Of a stretch of DNA of 64,000 bases, positions 28,431 through 37,481 are shown piece after piece. The notes below the pieces were generated by a model. The model searched no databases. It was not told the DNA's origin and saw only the letters and a program-made list of their open reading frames with translations. A program made the translations under genes and the position numbers. Source of the stretch: Sedimentisphaeraceae bacterium JB056 (GTDB taxonomy: Bacteria; Planctomycetota; Phycisphaerae; Sedimentisphaerales; Sedimentisphaeraceae); NCBI GenBank assembly GCA_044440125.1, contig JBITAJ010000029.1:32001-96000 (forward strand), in the 5' to 3' direction. The number at the start of each line of letters is the position of its first letter. Position 1 is the stretch's first letter.

Positions 28431-29981
28431 CTATTTAGTTCTCAAGCCATAAGTTTTGAACTCTTTTTCAGGTTCTACTAAAAGATATGCAGTTTGTGTT
28501 TGCCCATGTTCCAAGAGATAATATTCTTGTGTTTCATTATCTTTTACTATTTTGACAATTTTTGGGCGGCTATAAAAAGATTCGTCTGTTTTCCCATAAA
28601 AAGATCGGTATCTCTTTATCTGCTTGAAATCTTTTGATATGTTTTTCTTGGTCATTAGTATCGGGATATTTTCTTGGCGAGCTTTTTTAACACTGTTATA
28701 GTTCTGACTCATCAGGCGAAGGTTATTTGTTGGTTTTGGTATTTCTGCGAAGATAACCATAAAAATGAAGCATAGTAGGATGTTTGTCGCAACTCTAACA
28801 TTAAATATCTGATTTGATTTAGTTTTGAGCTTAATTATGAAATTGTTGCTAATCTGCATATATAGAACAATTTGCATGATTATTGAAAGGGTATAGAGCA
28901 TGTTGTAGTAACGCTCAAGTATCCGTTCTGGTCTAACAAAAGGATAGACTCCGACAACTAAATAAGTAAACAGTAAATATGCAACAATGTACGGATAAGC
29001 TATCGCATACAAATGTCGTTGCTTAAGGAGTACTATTACAATAGCAGCCAGTATTCCTAAATTTATTAATGCGGCATTGGTATCTCCCGCATACTCATCA
29101 TAACCGCTAAAGTAAAGTAAATAACTTGGCAGATTATCAGCCTTAACTTGCCATCCTGAATAACCAAGTTTGTCTACCATCTTGCTCGAACTGCCATGTC
29201 TGCCATGTATTAAGCATCCTAATCGTCCACCATCGAACGTTGTTATTTTCTCAAATACGGCTGTCTCGACTGTAAGCAGAACTATGAAAACTAATCCAAA
29301 AATAGCCAGACTTTTAATTATTCCCGGCACCGATTTTTTTTGGTATTGAACATATATTAAATAGAGAACTATTCCTGGTACAAAAAAGAGCATTGTAATT
29401 TTTGCTCCATAGCCCCAGAATACGAGAAAAGAGGATATTGCCAACCAGTACCATTTATTTTTTTCTTGCCAATACAGCAAACACAATATGCTGCCAAGTA
29501 AGCACATTGTTACAGTTCCCGTTGGTAATATTTGCGAACCTTGTTCAACAATTGTTGGGTATAGAGTAAATATAACTGAGGCAAATAATCCAGCCGTTTT
29601 AGAGTGCAGCTTTTTCCCGATAAAGAAAATAAGTATCGCAGAGAGTGTTGTTACAAAGATTGGATAAGTAAAATATGCTATTGGGCCGCCGCCAAAAATT
29701 TTTAGCAGTAACATCATTGGTAAATATAGAGCCCATCTAAGCATTCTATGATCCCAATTTCCCGGAGGAGCAAACGCAGTTCCGTTTTCCATGAATTCTC
29801 TGCATACACGCCACATCCAGAAGGCATCTCCACCATTATCGAATACTTCTCCACAATAAACTCTTAAACATACAGATAGAGTTATTATGAATCCGATTAG
29901 CATATATGTATTTGATAGTAATTTTTTAAGTCTTGTATTAAGACTAAAATTATACTCAGCTAAGCTTATTTCTTTTTCCAT
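28431..29981 (-). CDS. GT-C fold (ArnT/PMT-like) membrane glycosyltransferase
   Basis: Multi-TM; GGDA first loop, IFFIGKKL..KTAGLFAS, ERY motif. Confidence 0.7.
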   Translation of the reverse strand: MEKEISLAEYNFSLNTRLKKLLSNTYMLIGFIITLSVCLRVYCGEVFDNGGDAFWMWRVCREFMENGTAFAPPGNWDHRMLRWALYLPMMLLLKIFGGGPIAYFTYPIFVTTLSAILIFFIGKKLHSKTAGLFASVIFTLYPTIVEQGSQILPTGTVTMCLLGSILCLLYWQEKNKWYWLAISSFLVFWGYGAKITMLFFVPGIVLYLIYVQYQKKSVPGIIKSLAIFGLVFIVLLTVETAVFEKITTFDGGRLGCLIHGRHGSSSKMVDKLGYSGWQVKADNLPSYLLYFSGYDEYAGDTNAALINLGILAAIVIVLLKQRHLYAIAYPYIVAYLLFTYLVVGVYPFVRPERILERYYNMLYTLSIIMQIVLYMQISNNFIIKLKTKSNQIFNVRVATNILLCFIFMVIFAEIPKPTNNLRLMSQNYNSVKKARQENIPILMTKKNISKDFKQIKRYRSFYGKTDESFYSRPKIVKIVKDNETQEYYLLEHGQTQTAYLLVEPEKEFKTYGLRTK

Positions 29982-30280
29982 TTGCTCCCCATTGATAGTC
30001 GCTAATAATTATAACGTTTGGAATCTTTAAGCCGATTATACGTTAATGATTATTACATTTGGTTAATAACTGGCACTATCATACCTTTTGGGTAGCTGGT
30101 GTGCAATACAGAAGTATGCAATATTGCGGTGAAAACCAAAAAAATGGTCTTCTGGGCTTTGGAGGGTAGTTTTGAGGGTCTAATTTCGTACAATCGGGCA
30201 GGAGGCTTTGCGCTTCCTGCCCTTTTGTAACGCGTGTTTAAAGAGTGTTGTGTTGTGCAATCTCGTTTTCTGTCCATGTA

Positions 30281-30300
30281 ATTGATAATTACTTATCAAT
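30281..30300. promoter_or_regulatory. perfect 8-4-8 palindrome, putative operator
   Basis: ATTGATAA-TTAC-TTATCAAT upstream of TTGCTT-16bp-TATAAT (30319-30346). Confidence 0.5.
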
Positions 30301-30475
30301 ATAAATTTATCAAACTTCTTGCTTTCTGTCAACCATTATTTATAATTTTTCATCAAAATGTCCGACATTCGCTTGAACCTACCGGCTTTTATGCGTAAGA
30401 TTAGGCTGATTTAGGCATTAATTTGGACCTTTATGTATTAAAAAAGATTCGATTTATTATAAAAACGGTAATTTA

Positions 30476-31483
30476 ATGATAAAAGCAGCGATAATTGGAG
30501 CAACCGGCTATACTGGTATTGACGCGATAGAAATAATTTTACGTCACCCAGAGGCAGAGCTTACTTATTTGACGGCATCTTCTGATAAGTCTGTGCCCGT
30601 AGATAAAGTTCACCCCCGTCTTAGCGGGCGATGTGATTTGGATATAGAGCCTCTTGATTTTGATAAGCTTGCCTCTGTTGCGGATGTAGCTCTTTGCTGC
30701 CTGCCGCATAAGGTATCAATGGAGTTTGTGCCGCAGATGCTTAATCGCGGCGTGAAGGTGGTCGATTTCAGTGCTGATTATCGAATCAAGGATGTTTCCG
30801 TTTATGAGAAGCATTATGTTGTTCATACCGATGCGGATAATATCAAGAGGGCGGTTTACGGATTGCCTGAGCTTTATAGGGAGCAGATAAAGAAGGCTGA
30901 TCTTGTGGCTAATCCGGGATGTTTTCCGACTACAAGTTCGCTTGGTCTTGCACCTGTTCTAAAAAAAGGTCTTATCAGCAGTAAAGGAATCGTTATCAAT
31001 TCGGTGAGCGGGGCTACTGGTGCCGGCAAGAAGCTTGCTGATGGACTTCATTTTCCTAATCTAAACGAGAACCTTCGTGCTTACGGCGTGGGTACTCATA
31101 GGCATATGCCGGAGATGGAACAGATAGCGAGTGATGTTGCGGGTAAACCGGTTACCGTTTTGTTTCAGCCGCATATCGGAAGTTTCGACAGAGGAATTCT
31201 TTCCAGTATTTACTGCGATCCGAAAAATCATATAACTTCGGCGGAGCTGCTTGAACTCTACAGGGATTTTTATCGTGACGAGCCTTTTGTTCAGGTTCTT
31301 TCTCAGCCGCCGGCGATAAAAGATGTGGCTAATACCAATTATTGCCACATATATCCGGTAGCTGTTAAGGGTAAGATTGTTGTATTTTCAGCAATTGATA
31401 ATCTTATGAAGGGTGCCAGCAGTCAGGCAATTCAAAATATGAATATTATGTTTGGCGTTGATGAACGCCTTGGCCTGCTCTGA
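30476..31483 (+). CDS. argC: N-acetyl-gamma-glutamyl-phosphate reductase
   Basis: GATGYTG, DFSADYR, ANPGCFPT, HRHMPE, DNLMKGA. Confidence 0.96.
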   Translation: MIKAAIIGATGYTGIDAIEIILRHPEAELTYLTASSDKSVPVDKVHPRLSGRCDLDIEPLDFDKLASVADVALCCLPHKVSMEFVPQMLNRGVKVVDFSADYRIKDVSVYEKHYVVHTDADNIKRAVYGLPELYREQIKKADLVANPGCFPTTSSLGLAPVLKKGLISSKGIVINSVSGATGAGKKLADGLHFPNLNENLRAYGVGTHRHMPEMEQIASDVAGKPVTVLFQPHIGSFDRGILSSIYCDPKNHITSAELLELYRDFYRDEPFVQVLSQPPAIKDVANTNYCHIYPVAVKGKIVVFSAIDNLMKGASSQAIQNMNIMFGVDERLGLL

Positions 31484-31576
31484 TTTGAAATTTGGGATTT
31501 CAGATTTCAAATCAATCGGCTAATATCCAAAATATATTTTTACTTCTAACTTCTAATTTGAAATTAGATTTTTCAA

Positions 31577-32485
31577 ATGTGGGCAATTCTCGGACTCATA
31601 TCCGCTGTCTTTCTGGGCATATACGACCTGAATAAAAAGATGGCGTTAAAAAATAATGCGGTTATCCCGGTACTGTTTTTCTCAACAGTGTCGGGCTTTG
31701 CGCTGATGTTGCCGATTCTGTTTTTATCCAGGTTTTCACCTGAGATGATGCAGAATGCCGGTCTTTATGTTGAGCCTATAACCCTTACACAGCATTTGAT
31801 GCTTGCGGCTAAGTCGTTGATAGTAGCTTCGTCATGGGTGTTTGCTTATTTTGCTATCAAACATCTGCCGATATCGATCGTTACACCTATTCGTTCAATG
31901 AGTCCTTTATGGACATTGATTGCAGCTGCAATAATATACAATGAAAGACCGAATTTAATGCAGTTTATCGGTATTATTGTTGTTATTGTATCATTTTACT
32001 ATTTTTCAATTGTGGGTAAGCTTGAAGGTATCAAATTTCACAGGGATAAATGGGTGTTCTTTGTAATTCTTGCTACCCTTATAGGCACTGCAAGCGGTAT
32101 CTACGATAAGTTTCTTATAGCAAAGGCTCATTTCTCGCCTGTTACAGTTCAGGCGTGGTTCTCCTGTTATCTCGTAGTGATTCTTGGGTTGGTTACATTG
32201 TTCTGCTGGTATCCAAGCCGTAAGAAGACTACGCCGTTCCAATGGCGGATTAGTATCATTTTCATAGGAGTGTTTCTGATAATAGCCGATTTTGTATATT
32301 TCAAGGCTCTGGGTATTGAAGGAGCATTACTGATGATTCTTTCAGTATTGCGGCGAAGCAGCGTAATAATATCATTTACTGCAGGCGCACTGATGTTCAA
32401 GGAAATGAATAAACGCAAGAAAGCAGTAGCCCTGGCAGGAGTATTGGCAGGCGTGTTTCTTATCCTTTTCGGTTCGGCAGATTAA
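31577..32485 (+). CDS. EamA/DMT-family transporter
   Basis: About 10 TM helices in two repeats. Confidence 0.85.
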   Translation: MWAILGLISAVFLGIYDLNKKMALKNNAVIPVLFFSTVSGFALMLPILFLSRFSPEMMQNAGLYVEPITLTQHLMLAAKSLIVASSWVFAYFAIKHLPISIVTPIRSMSPLWTLIAAAIIYNERPNLMQFIGIIVVIVSFYYFSIVGKLEGIKFHRDKWVFFVILATLIGTASGIYDKFLIAKAHFSPVTVQAWFSCYLVVILGLVTLFCWYPSRKKTTPFQWRISIIFIGVFLIIADFVYFKALGIEGALLMILSVLRRSSVIISFTAGALMFKEMNKRKKAVALAGVLAGVFLILFGSAD

Positions 32486-32497
32486 TTGTTCTCAGTT

Positions 32498-34762
32498 CTA
32501 AGGTGTAAGCCAGTGAGAGGCGAGAAGAGTTAGATCGTAGAGGTTCACTATGCCGTCGGGAGCTCCGTATGGAGCTATATCGGCTTGCGGGCCGGCAGTC
32601 AGCCACTGGTCTGCCATTATGCCAAGATCGTCGGCGTCAACATCTCCATCGGGTTCCAGGTCGCCGGGAATTGTCAGGCTTGCAGTCGTTTGTGCGGTTG
32701 TCATTTGATAAGGTACAATACCTGCAACTTGCTTACCGCTTCCGTCAAGCCCGTGGTTATGATACCATAAGTCCCAGATTGTGTCTCCCCAAGCCTTCAA
32801 GCCTGAGAAGAATGAATCGGATTGAATGATATAAGCTTGCGCTTCGCCTGAAGGGGTAGGGCTTGAAAGCGTATTGGAGCCGTTTATTTCGTCCCGAAGG
32901 AATTCGATATATTCCCTTGATGTTCCTTGATAATAAAGATTCACTACCACCTTGTCGGCACCGTGACCGATTGTCATGTCGATGTCATCGTATCCTCCAG
33001 CATATTCGGTTGCCGAGAAATAATTCGGGTCATCTGTGCCGTGCCATACTGGATGTGAAAGTCGGGCGGTTGCAGAATTGATATCGAACCCCTTTGGAGG
33101 TATGCGGTTGTCCTTGTATCTTCCCGTTGCCAGAACGAAGTGGAATGTTTCGTCTTCACCGGTCAGTTCGCTTGAGGGGTGTACTTCGTAAACAAGTTCA
33201 TCGATATATTCTTCATTTGCCGCAAGGGCAGGGCTGCTGTTTGATTTTGGCAGACCTTTTATTGTGCCTATGGAGTAGTCATATGGATTGGCTTCATATA
33301 TAAGCGTGTCGTTGTAGTAGGCCTGGATATTGATGAACATTCTCCTGCCTTCAGGGAAACCGCTTATAAGTTTATGGCCGGTATTATTCTGAAGCCTGAA
33401 TGACAGGTTTCCAGATACCGGATTGTAAATGACGTTTTTGATTGTTGCGGCACTTTCAAGCTGTGCCAGAGCTCTGTCGGAACCGGCCTTAAGCGCTGCT
33501 CCGGCAGTGAGAGGGGTTTGTCCCAGTGAAAGATCGAGGGTCAGCAGCTCAGGGCCTTTATCAAGTATCTCAACATTGCGAGGGTCGTATACAGCAGAGG
33601 TTGGGTCGAGACTTGCGAGTATATGCGATATCCATGCGTTACCACCGGTGAGATCGTGAATCGGCATGCCGGAGTTTGGATGCTCAGTGCTTTCATCTGG
33701 ACGCAGCGGCACGCCTGATTTGTTGCACCCGTAGCCTACACCATCGGGCATATGGCAATCCTGACATTTACCGACAAAATCGATTCCTCCCGATAACTGC
33801 TGAAATTCAGGATTTGTAGTGGCGCCGCCGTTTCGTGCGTAAGTGGAGAGTGCGAATTCAGAGAATGTTCTTTCAACGTGGAAATATCTGAACGCGGAAT
33901 ATTGTTCTGAAATTTCGTGGACTCCGCCGGAGTTGTCAGTCAGACCGGATAAGCCGAGGTTGGCAAGTGCCGGATTGGACACATCATGGCAAGTAGCGCA
34001 CATATATTTGGATTTATGGTATCTGCTGTAAAGCACGGTGTGGCGTGCGGCTGTATCAGCAAAGCTTGCCCTTTTCTCACCGTTAGGCGAGATGAAGAAT
34101 TGCCCGCTGCCGTTCTCAGTATAGTCAGCGTAAAGCGGCTGATTTTGCGAATTGTAGAAATCTTCACCCGAGAAAGTCTTTATGAGCGTTGATATTGACT
34201 GATCTTCGAGGTAGGTGGTTTCGGCGGCGGTTTGGGATATCGTCCCGCTGCCCGGGCCTGTGTTGGCTGCTTCATCCCAGTAAGTTGCCCAGTCGCTGCC
34301 CTCTCTTATACCTGCATAGGTGTCTTCAAAGAAGGGGTCGTACATTTTATGGCAAAAATCACAGTGTATGCCGTCAAAATCAGAACCAGTCATAGAGGAT
34401 GCATTGGCAGGCTCACTTCGGCCTTCAAGCCATCCTTCGGGGAAATGGCACCTTTCGCATAGATCACCGGCATTAGCATTGCCTAATGCCCATATCGAAT
34501 CCTGCAGGGCAACAGTCATGCAGGCGTAAAAGATCGGGTCTCTGGCCGACTGTGCCATCATTGAACCGGACCAGTTGAAACCTGGTTCTACTGCTGTATC
34601 ATAGTTTGCATGGCAATTGAAGCATCTGCTCGGTGCTTCAAGAGCCGCTTGACCCGGCTGGGTGCCTGGCATCCGCACCAGCGGATCATTTACAATTAAT
34701 AACGGAGTCCATGCTAAAAGGAAGCAGACTGCTATAATAATGAGTGGAATGAATTTTCTCAT
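32498..34762 (-). CDS. secreted multiheme c-type cytochrome (5 CxxCH) with C-terminal dockerin-like domain
   Basis: CFNCH, CERCH, CDFCH, CATCH, CQDCH; N-terminal hydrophobic segment; GDLEPDGDVDADDL..MADQWL / DGIVNLYDL..LASHWL. Confidence 0.88.
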   Translation of the reverse strand: MRKFIPLIIIAVCFLLAWTPLLIVNDPLVRMPGTQPGQAALEAPSRCFNCHANYDTAVEPGFNWSGSMMAQSARDPIFYACMTVALQDSIWALGNANAGDLCERCHFPEGWLEGRSEPANASSMTGSDFDGIHCDFCHKMYDPFFEDTYAGIREGSDWATYWDEAANTGPGSGTISQTAAETTYLEDQSISTLIKTFSGEDFYNSQNQPLYADYTENGSGQFFISPNGEKRASFADTAARHTVLYSRYHKSKYMCATCHDVSNPALANLGLSGLTDNSGGVHEISEQYSAFRYFHVERTFSEFALSTYARNGGATTNPEFQQLSGGIDFVGKCQDCHMPDGVGYGCNKSGVPLRPDESTEHPNSGMPIHDLTGGNAWISHILASLDPTSAVYDPRNVEILDKGPELLTLDLSLGQTPLTAGAALKAGSDRALAQLESAATIKNVIYNPVSGNLSFRLQNNTGHKLISGFPEGRRMFINIQAYYNDTLIYEANPYDYSIGTIKGLPKSNSSPALAANEEYIDELVYEVHPSSELTGEDETFHFVLATGRYKDNRIPPKGFDINSATARLSHPVWHGTDDPNYFSATEYAGGYDDIDMTIGHGADKVVVNLYYQGTSREYIEFLRDEINGSNTLSSPTPSGEAQAYIIQSDSFFSGLKAWGDTIWDLWYHNHGLDGSGKQVAGIVPYQMTTAQTTASLTIPGDLEPDGDVDADDLGIMADQWLTAGPQADIAPYGAPDGIVNLYDLTLLASHWLTP

Positions 34763-34986
34763 TTTGTTCCTAATCCTTTATTAATATCTAAGTCAGTATA
34801 GCATAAAAGTCCTGTTTTTACAATTTTTAAAGCTGGAGGTTTGCATTTAGAGGTATTAGTCTTTTGTCTTACTATTTAGAATTTAATATAGTTAATTGCT
34901 ATTTTATTGAATATGCTTTGAAGAACGCTACAATAAAATTGTCGGCATTGGAATACTTTTTGTTTTAATTCAGACGAGGGCAGGAA

Positions 34987-35601
34987 ATGTTTAATCTTGA
35001 ATTTTTGATTACTTCACTGGTTGTTGTATTGATTCCCGGTACGGGAGTGATCTATACTGTTTCGAATGGTCTTTTTGCCGGTCGGCGTTCGGCTGTTGCA
35101 GCAGCTTGCGGATGTACTTGCGGGATTATCCCTCATTTGCTTGCGTGCATAACAGGGTTGTCGCTGATACTTCATACCAGTGCGGTTGCGTTCCAGACAG
35201 TCAAATTTATCGGGGCGGCTTATCTGTTGTATATGGCATGGTCGATGTGGCGACAAACAGGGGTGCTTAAACTTGATGATGACAGGCCGATGCAGAGTAA
35301 TAGGCAGATAGCAGTCAGAGGGATGCTTATCAATATCCTGAACCCCAAGCTTTCAATCTTCTTCTTAGCGTATCTGCCGCTTTTCGTTTCGCCGGATTCC
35401 GGTTCACCTACATTGCAGATGCTTTTTATGAGCGGAGTCTTTATGGTGATAACCCTGATAATATTTATCCTTTACGGCATATTTGCAAATGCAGTGAGGC
35501 AGTACGTGATAAGTTCGACAAAAATCATGAGCAGAGTGCAGCGTTCTTTTGCTGTTATCTTTGCAATACTTGGCCTGAAACTTGCGATGTCCGATAAGTA
35601 A
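34987..35601 (+). CDS. LysE/RhtB-family translocator
   Basis: LIPGTG, GAAYLLY, NILNPK. Confidence 0.92.
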   Translation: MFNLEFLITSLVVVLIPGTGVIYTVSNGLFAGRRSAVAAACGCTCGIIPHLLACITGLSLILHTSAVAFQTVKFIGAAYLLYMAWSMWRQTGVLKLDDDRPMQSNRQIAVRGMLINILNPKLSIFFLAYLPLFVSPDSGSPTLQMLFMSGVFMVITLIIFILYGIFANAVRQYVISSTKIMSRVQRSFAVIFAILGLKLAMSDK

Positions 35602-35631
35602 AGGTTTCTTAAATAATATCTGGGGTAGGTG

Positions 35632-36381
35632 ATGGGAAAGATAATTCAAAAACTGTTTGATGGTTTGAGCTTGAAATATATAGTTAAGATTGCAATGATT
35701 GTGACTTTTGCAGTTCTTTTGACGGAGTTGTTATATATAGGAGCTGCATACAGTTTTGGTGCAAGATGTGTCGGTAATGTGCTCTATGAACTGTTTTTCG
35801 GCTCATTCTGTCTCTTTTTCAAGTTTTATGGGTTACTTTTCTGTCTTGGGTTCATTCTGCTGATTGTATTTATGTTTATTCAGGATAGAAAGACGACTGT
35901 CAAATGGTTTATAATATTAGTTGTTTCTGCCGTGGAATTTTACGCATTGGAATGCTTGGTAGAGCCTGTTCAGTTTTTTTGTGTTAAGGGTTTTGCGAAT
36001 CATGCTTCACAGCGAGTTGATATTGAAATGGTGCAAAGCTGGTTGGCTTCTAAAAAGATAGCCCCTGGTGTGGAGGTTGCTGATTTTATTGCTTCTGGGC
36101 CAGAAGAACTTTATGGATTGAATTCAAGATTTTTGACTTTATACAGTTACAATGGCAAGCGTGCATTAATGGCATCTTACGGCAGCAGTCTTACAGGTGT
36201 TTTATTTGGATTTGTTGTGACAGGTGAAAACGGGGCGCCGATAATTACCAAAGATACTTATCCGCCTGGATGGAAGATTAAGGAAGTGAATGAGTGTTTA
36301 TATTTGTGGAACGGTAGGAAATATGATGCTCCGCCAATTGCGGAATTATTCGGTATCGAACCTGTTGCTTATATTGATTAG
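35632..36381 (+). CDS. hypothetical membrane protein
   Basis: Three N-terminal TM helices and a soluble C-terminus. Confidence 0.65.
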   Translation: MGKIIQKLFDGLSLKYIVKIAMIVTFAVLLTELLYIGAAYSFGARCVGNVLYELFFGSFCLFFKFYGLLFCLGFILLIVFMFIQDRKTTVKWFIILVVSAVEFYALECLVEPVQFFCVKGFANHASQRVDIEMVQSWLASKKIAPGVEVADFIASGPEELYGLNSRFLTLYSYNGKRALMASYGSSLTGVLFGFVVTGENGAPIITKDTYPPGWKIKEVNECLYLWNGRKYDAPPIAELFGIEPVAYID

Positions 36382-36405
36382 AGGGATTTGTAAAGAGGAA
36401 AAGAA

Positions 36406-37341
36406 ATGAGTGAAGGTCAAGGAACTAAGAAGCGGAGTGTTTGGGGGGCGGTTGGGTTATCTCTATTGATGCCGGGGCTTGGGCATGCTTATTGCGGCAA
36501 GTTATCAATCTGCATTATAATAATGATCTGGAGTTTGATTATTACGCCGGTCTTTGCTGCGGCTTTTGCTGGAGGCAGATTTCTTCTTGCGGAAGTTTTG
36601 TTTATTGTAGTCGTGCTTGTGGATATTGCTATTGTAATAGAAGCCGGATTGCGGGCAAAACGATTGGACAGCGGTTATCAGCTTAAGAGATGCAATTCGT
36701 GGAAAGTCTATATTTTACTGCTTATCATTGGGTTAGGGTTCTATAATCTTGAGAGAAAGCTTGTGAGAATTAATCTGGTTGAAATATTTGATATTCCAAC
36801 AATCTCTAACTACCCAACTTTTATCCCCGGTGACAGATTGGCGGCGAACAAGCTTGTATATAAATGTGAGACTCCCAAGCGTGGTGATCTTGCCGTTATT
36901 ATATCACCAGAGGATAGCGGTATATATTTTGTTAAGAGAATTATTGCGGTTGCGGGTGATAGGGTGGAGATCAAGGATAATGATGTTTTTGTTAACGGCC
37001 AGGAGCTTGAAAGAGAGAAGGTTTCTTATGGCGATCTGAATGGGATTAAAGTGGGTTTTCAAGGAGTACCGCTTGCTGGCGATGTTTACTATGAGACTAA
37101 CGGCGAAGTGAGGTATAAGATCTTTCTTGCCGATGTTCAATATGATGAAAAAAAGGATAGTTTCGAGAAAATAACAGTTGCGCCGAACCAATATTTTGTG
37201 CTTGGTGACAATCGTAATATGTCTCGTGACAGCCGTCACTTTGGCTGTGTGGAGCAGGATAAGATTATTGCAAGAGCTGATTATATCTGCTGGCCGGCGA
37301 AGGACTGGTCGAGGTTTGGTGTGATAAACGGCGAAAAGTGA
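36406..37341 (+). CDS. signal peptidase I (S26) paralogue with an extended N-terminal membrane domain
   Basis: IPTISNYPT (Ser), FVKRII..GD (Lys), GDNRNMSRDSRHFG. Confidence 0.88.
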   Translation: MSEGQGTKKRSVWGAVGLSLLMPGLGHAYCGKLSICIIIMIWSLIITPVFAAAFAGGRFLLAEVLFIVVVLVDIAIVIEAGLRAKRLDSGYQLKRCNSWKVYILLLIIGLGFYNLERKLVRINLVEIFDIPTISNYPTFIPGDRLAANKLVYKCETPKRGDLAVIISPEDSGIYFVKRIIAVAGDRVEIKDNDVFVNGQELEREKVSYGDLNGIKVGFQGVPLAGDVYYETNGEVRYKIFLADVQYDEKKDSFEKITVAPNQYFVLGDNRNMSRDSRHFGCVEQDKIIARADYICWPAKDWSRFGVINGEK

Positions 37342-37481
37342 TTAGTGGAATGGGGTAGTACAATTGCTTTCTGGCAATTTCAATGTTTTGGTTGTAAAAA
37401 CATTATTCTTTAGTTATTATAGCTGGTATTGATTGGGTTAAATTCAGTTGTTAAGGTGCTAATAAGATATTGGAGAGGATT

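Noticed and set aside
30053..30277. 74-aa minus-strand ORF
   Set aside because: No recognisable motif or clear RBS, and it runs through a terminator-like hairpin
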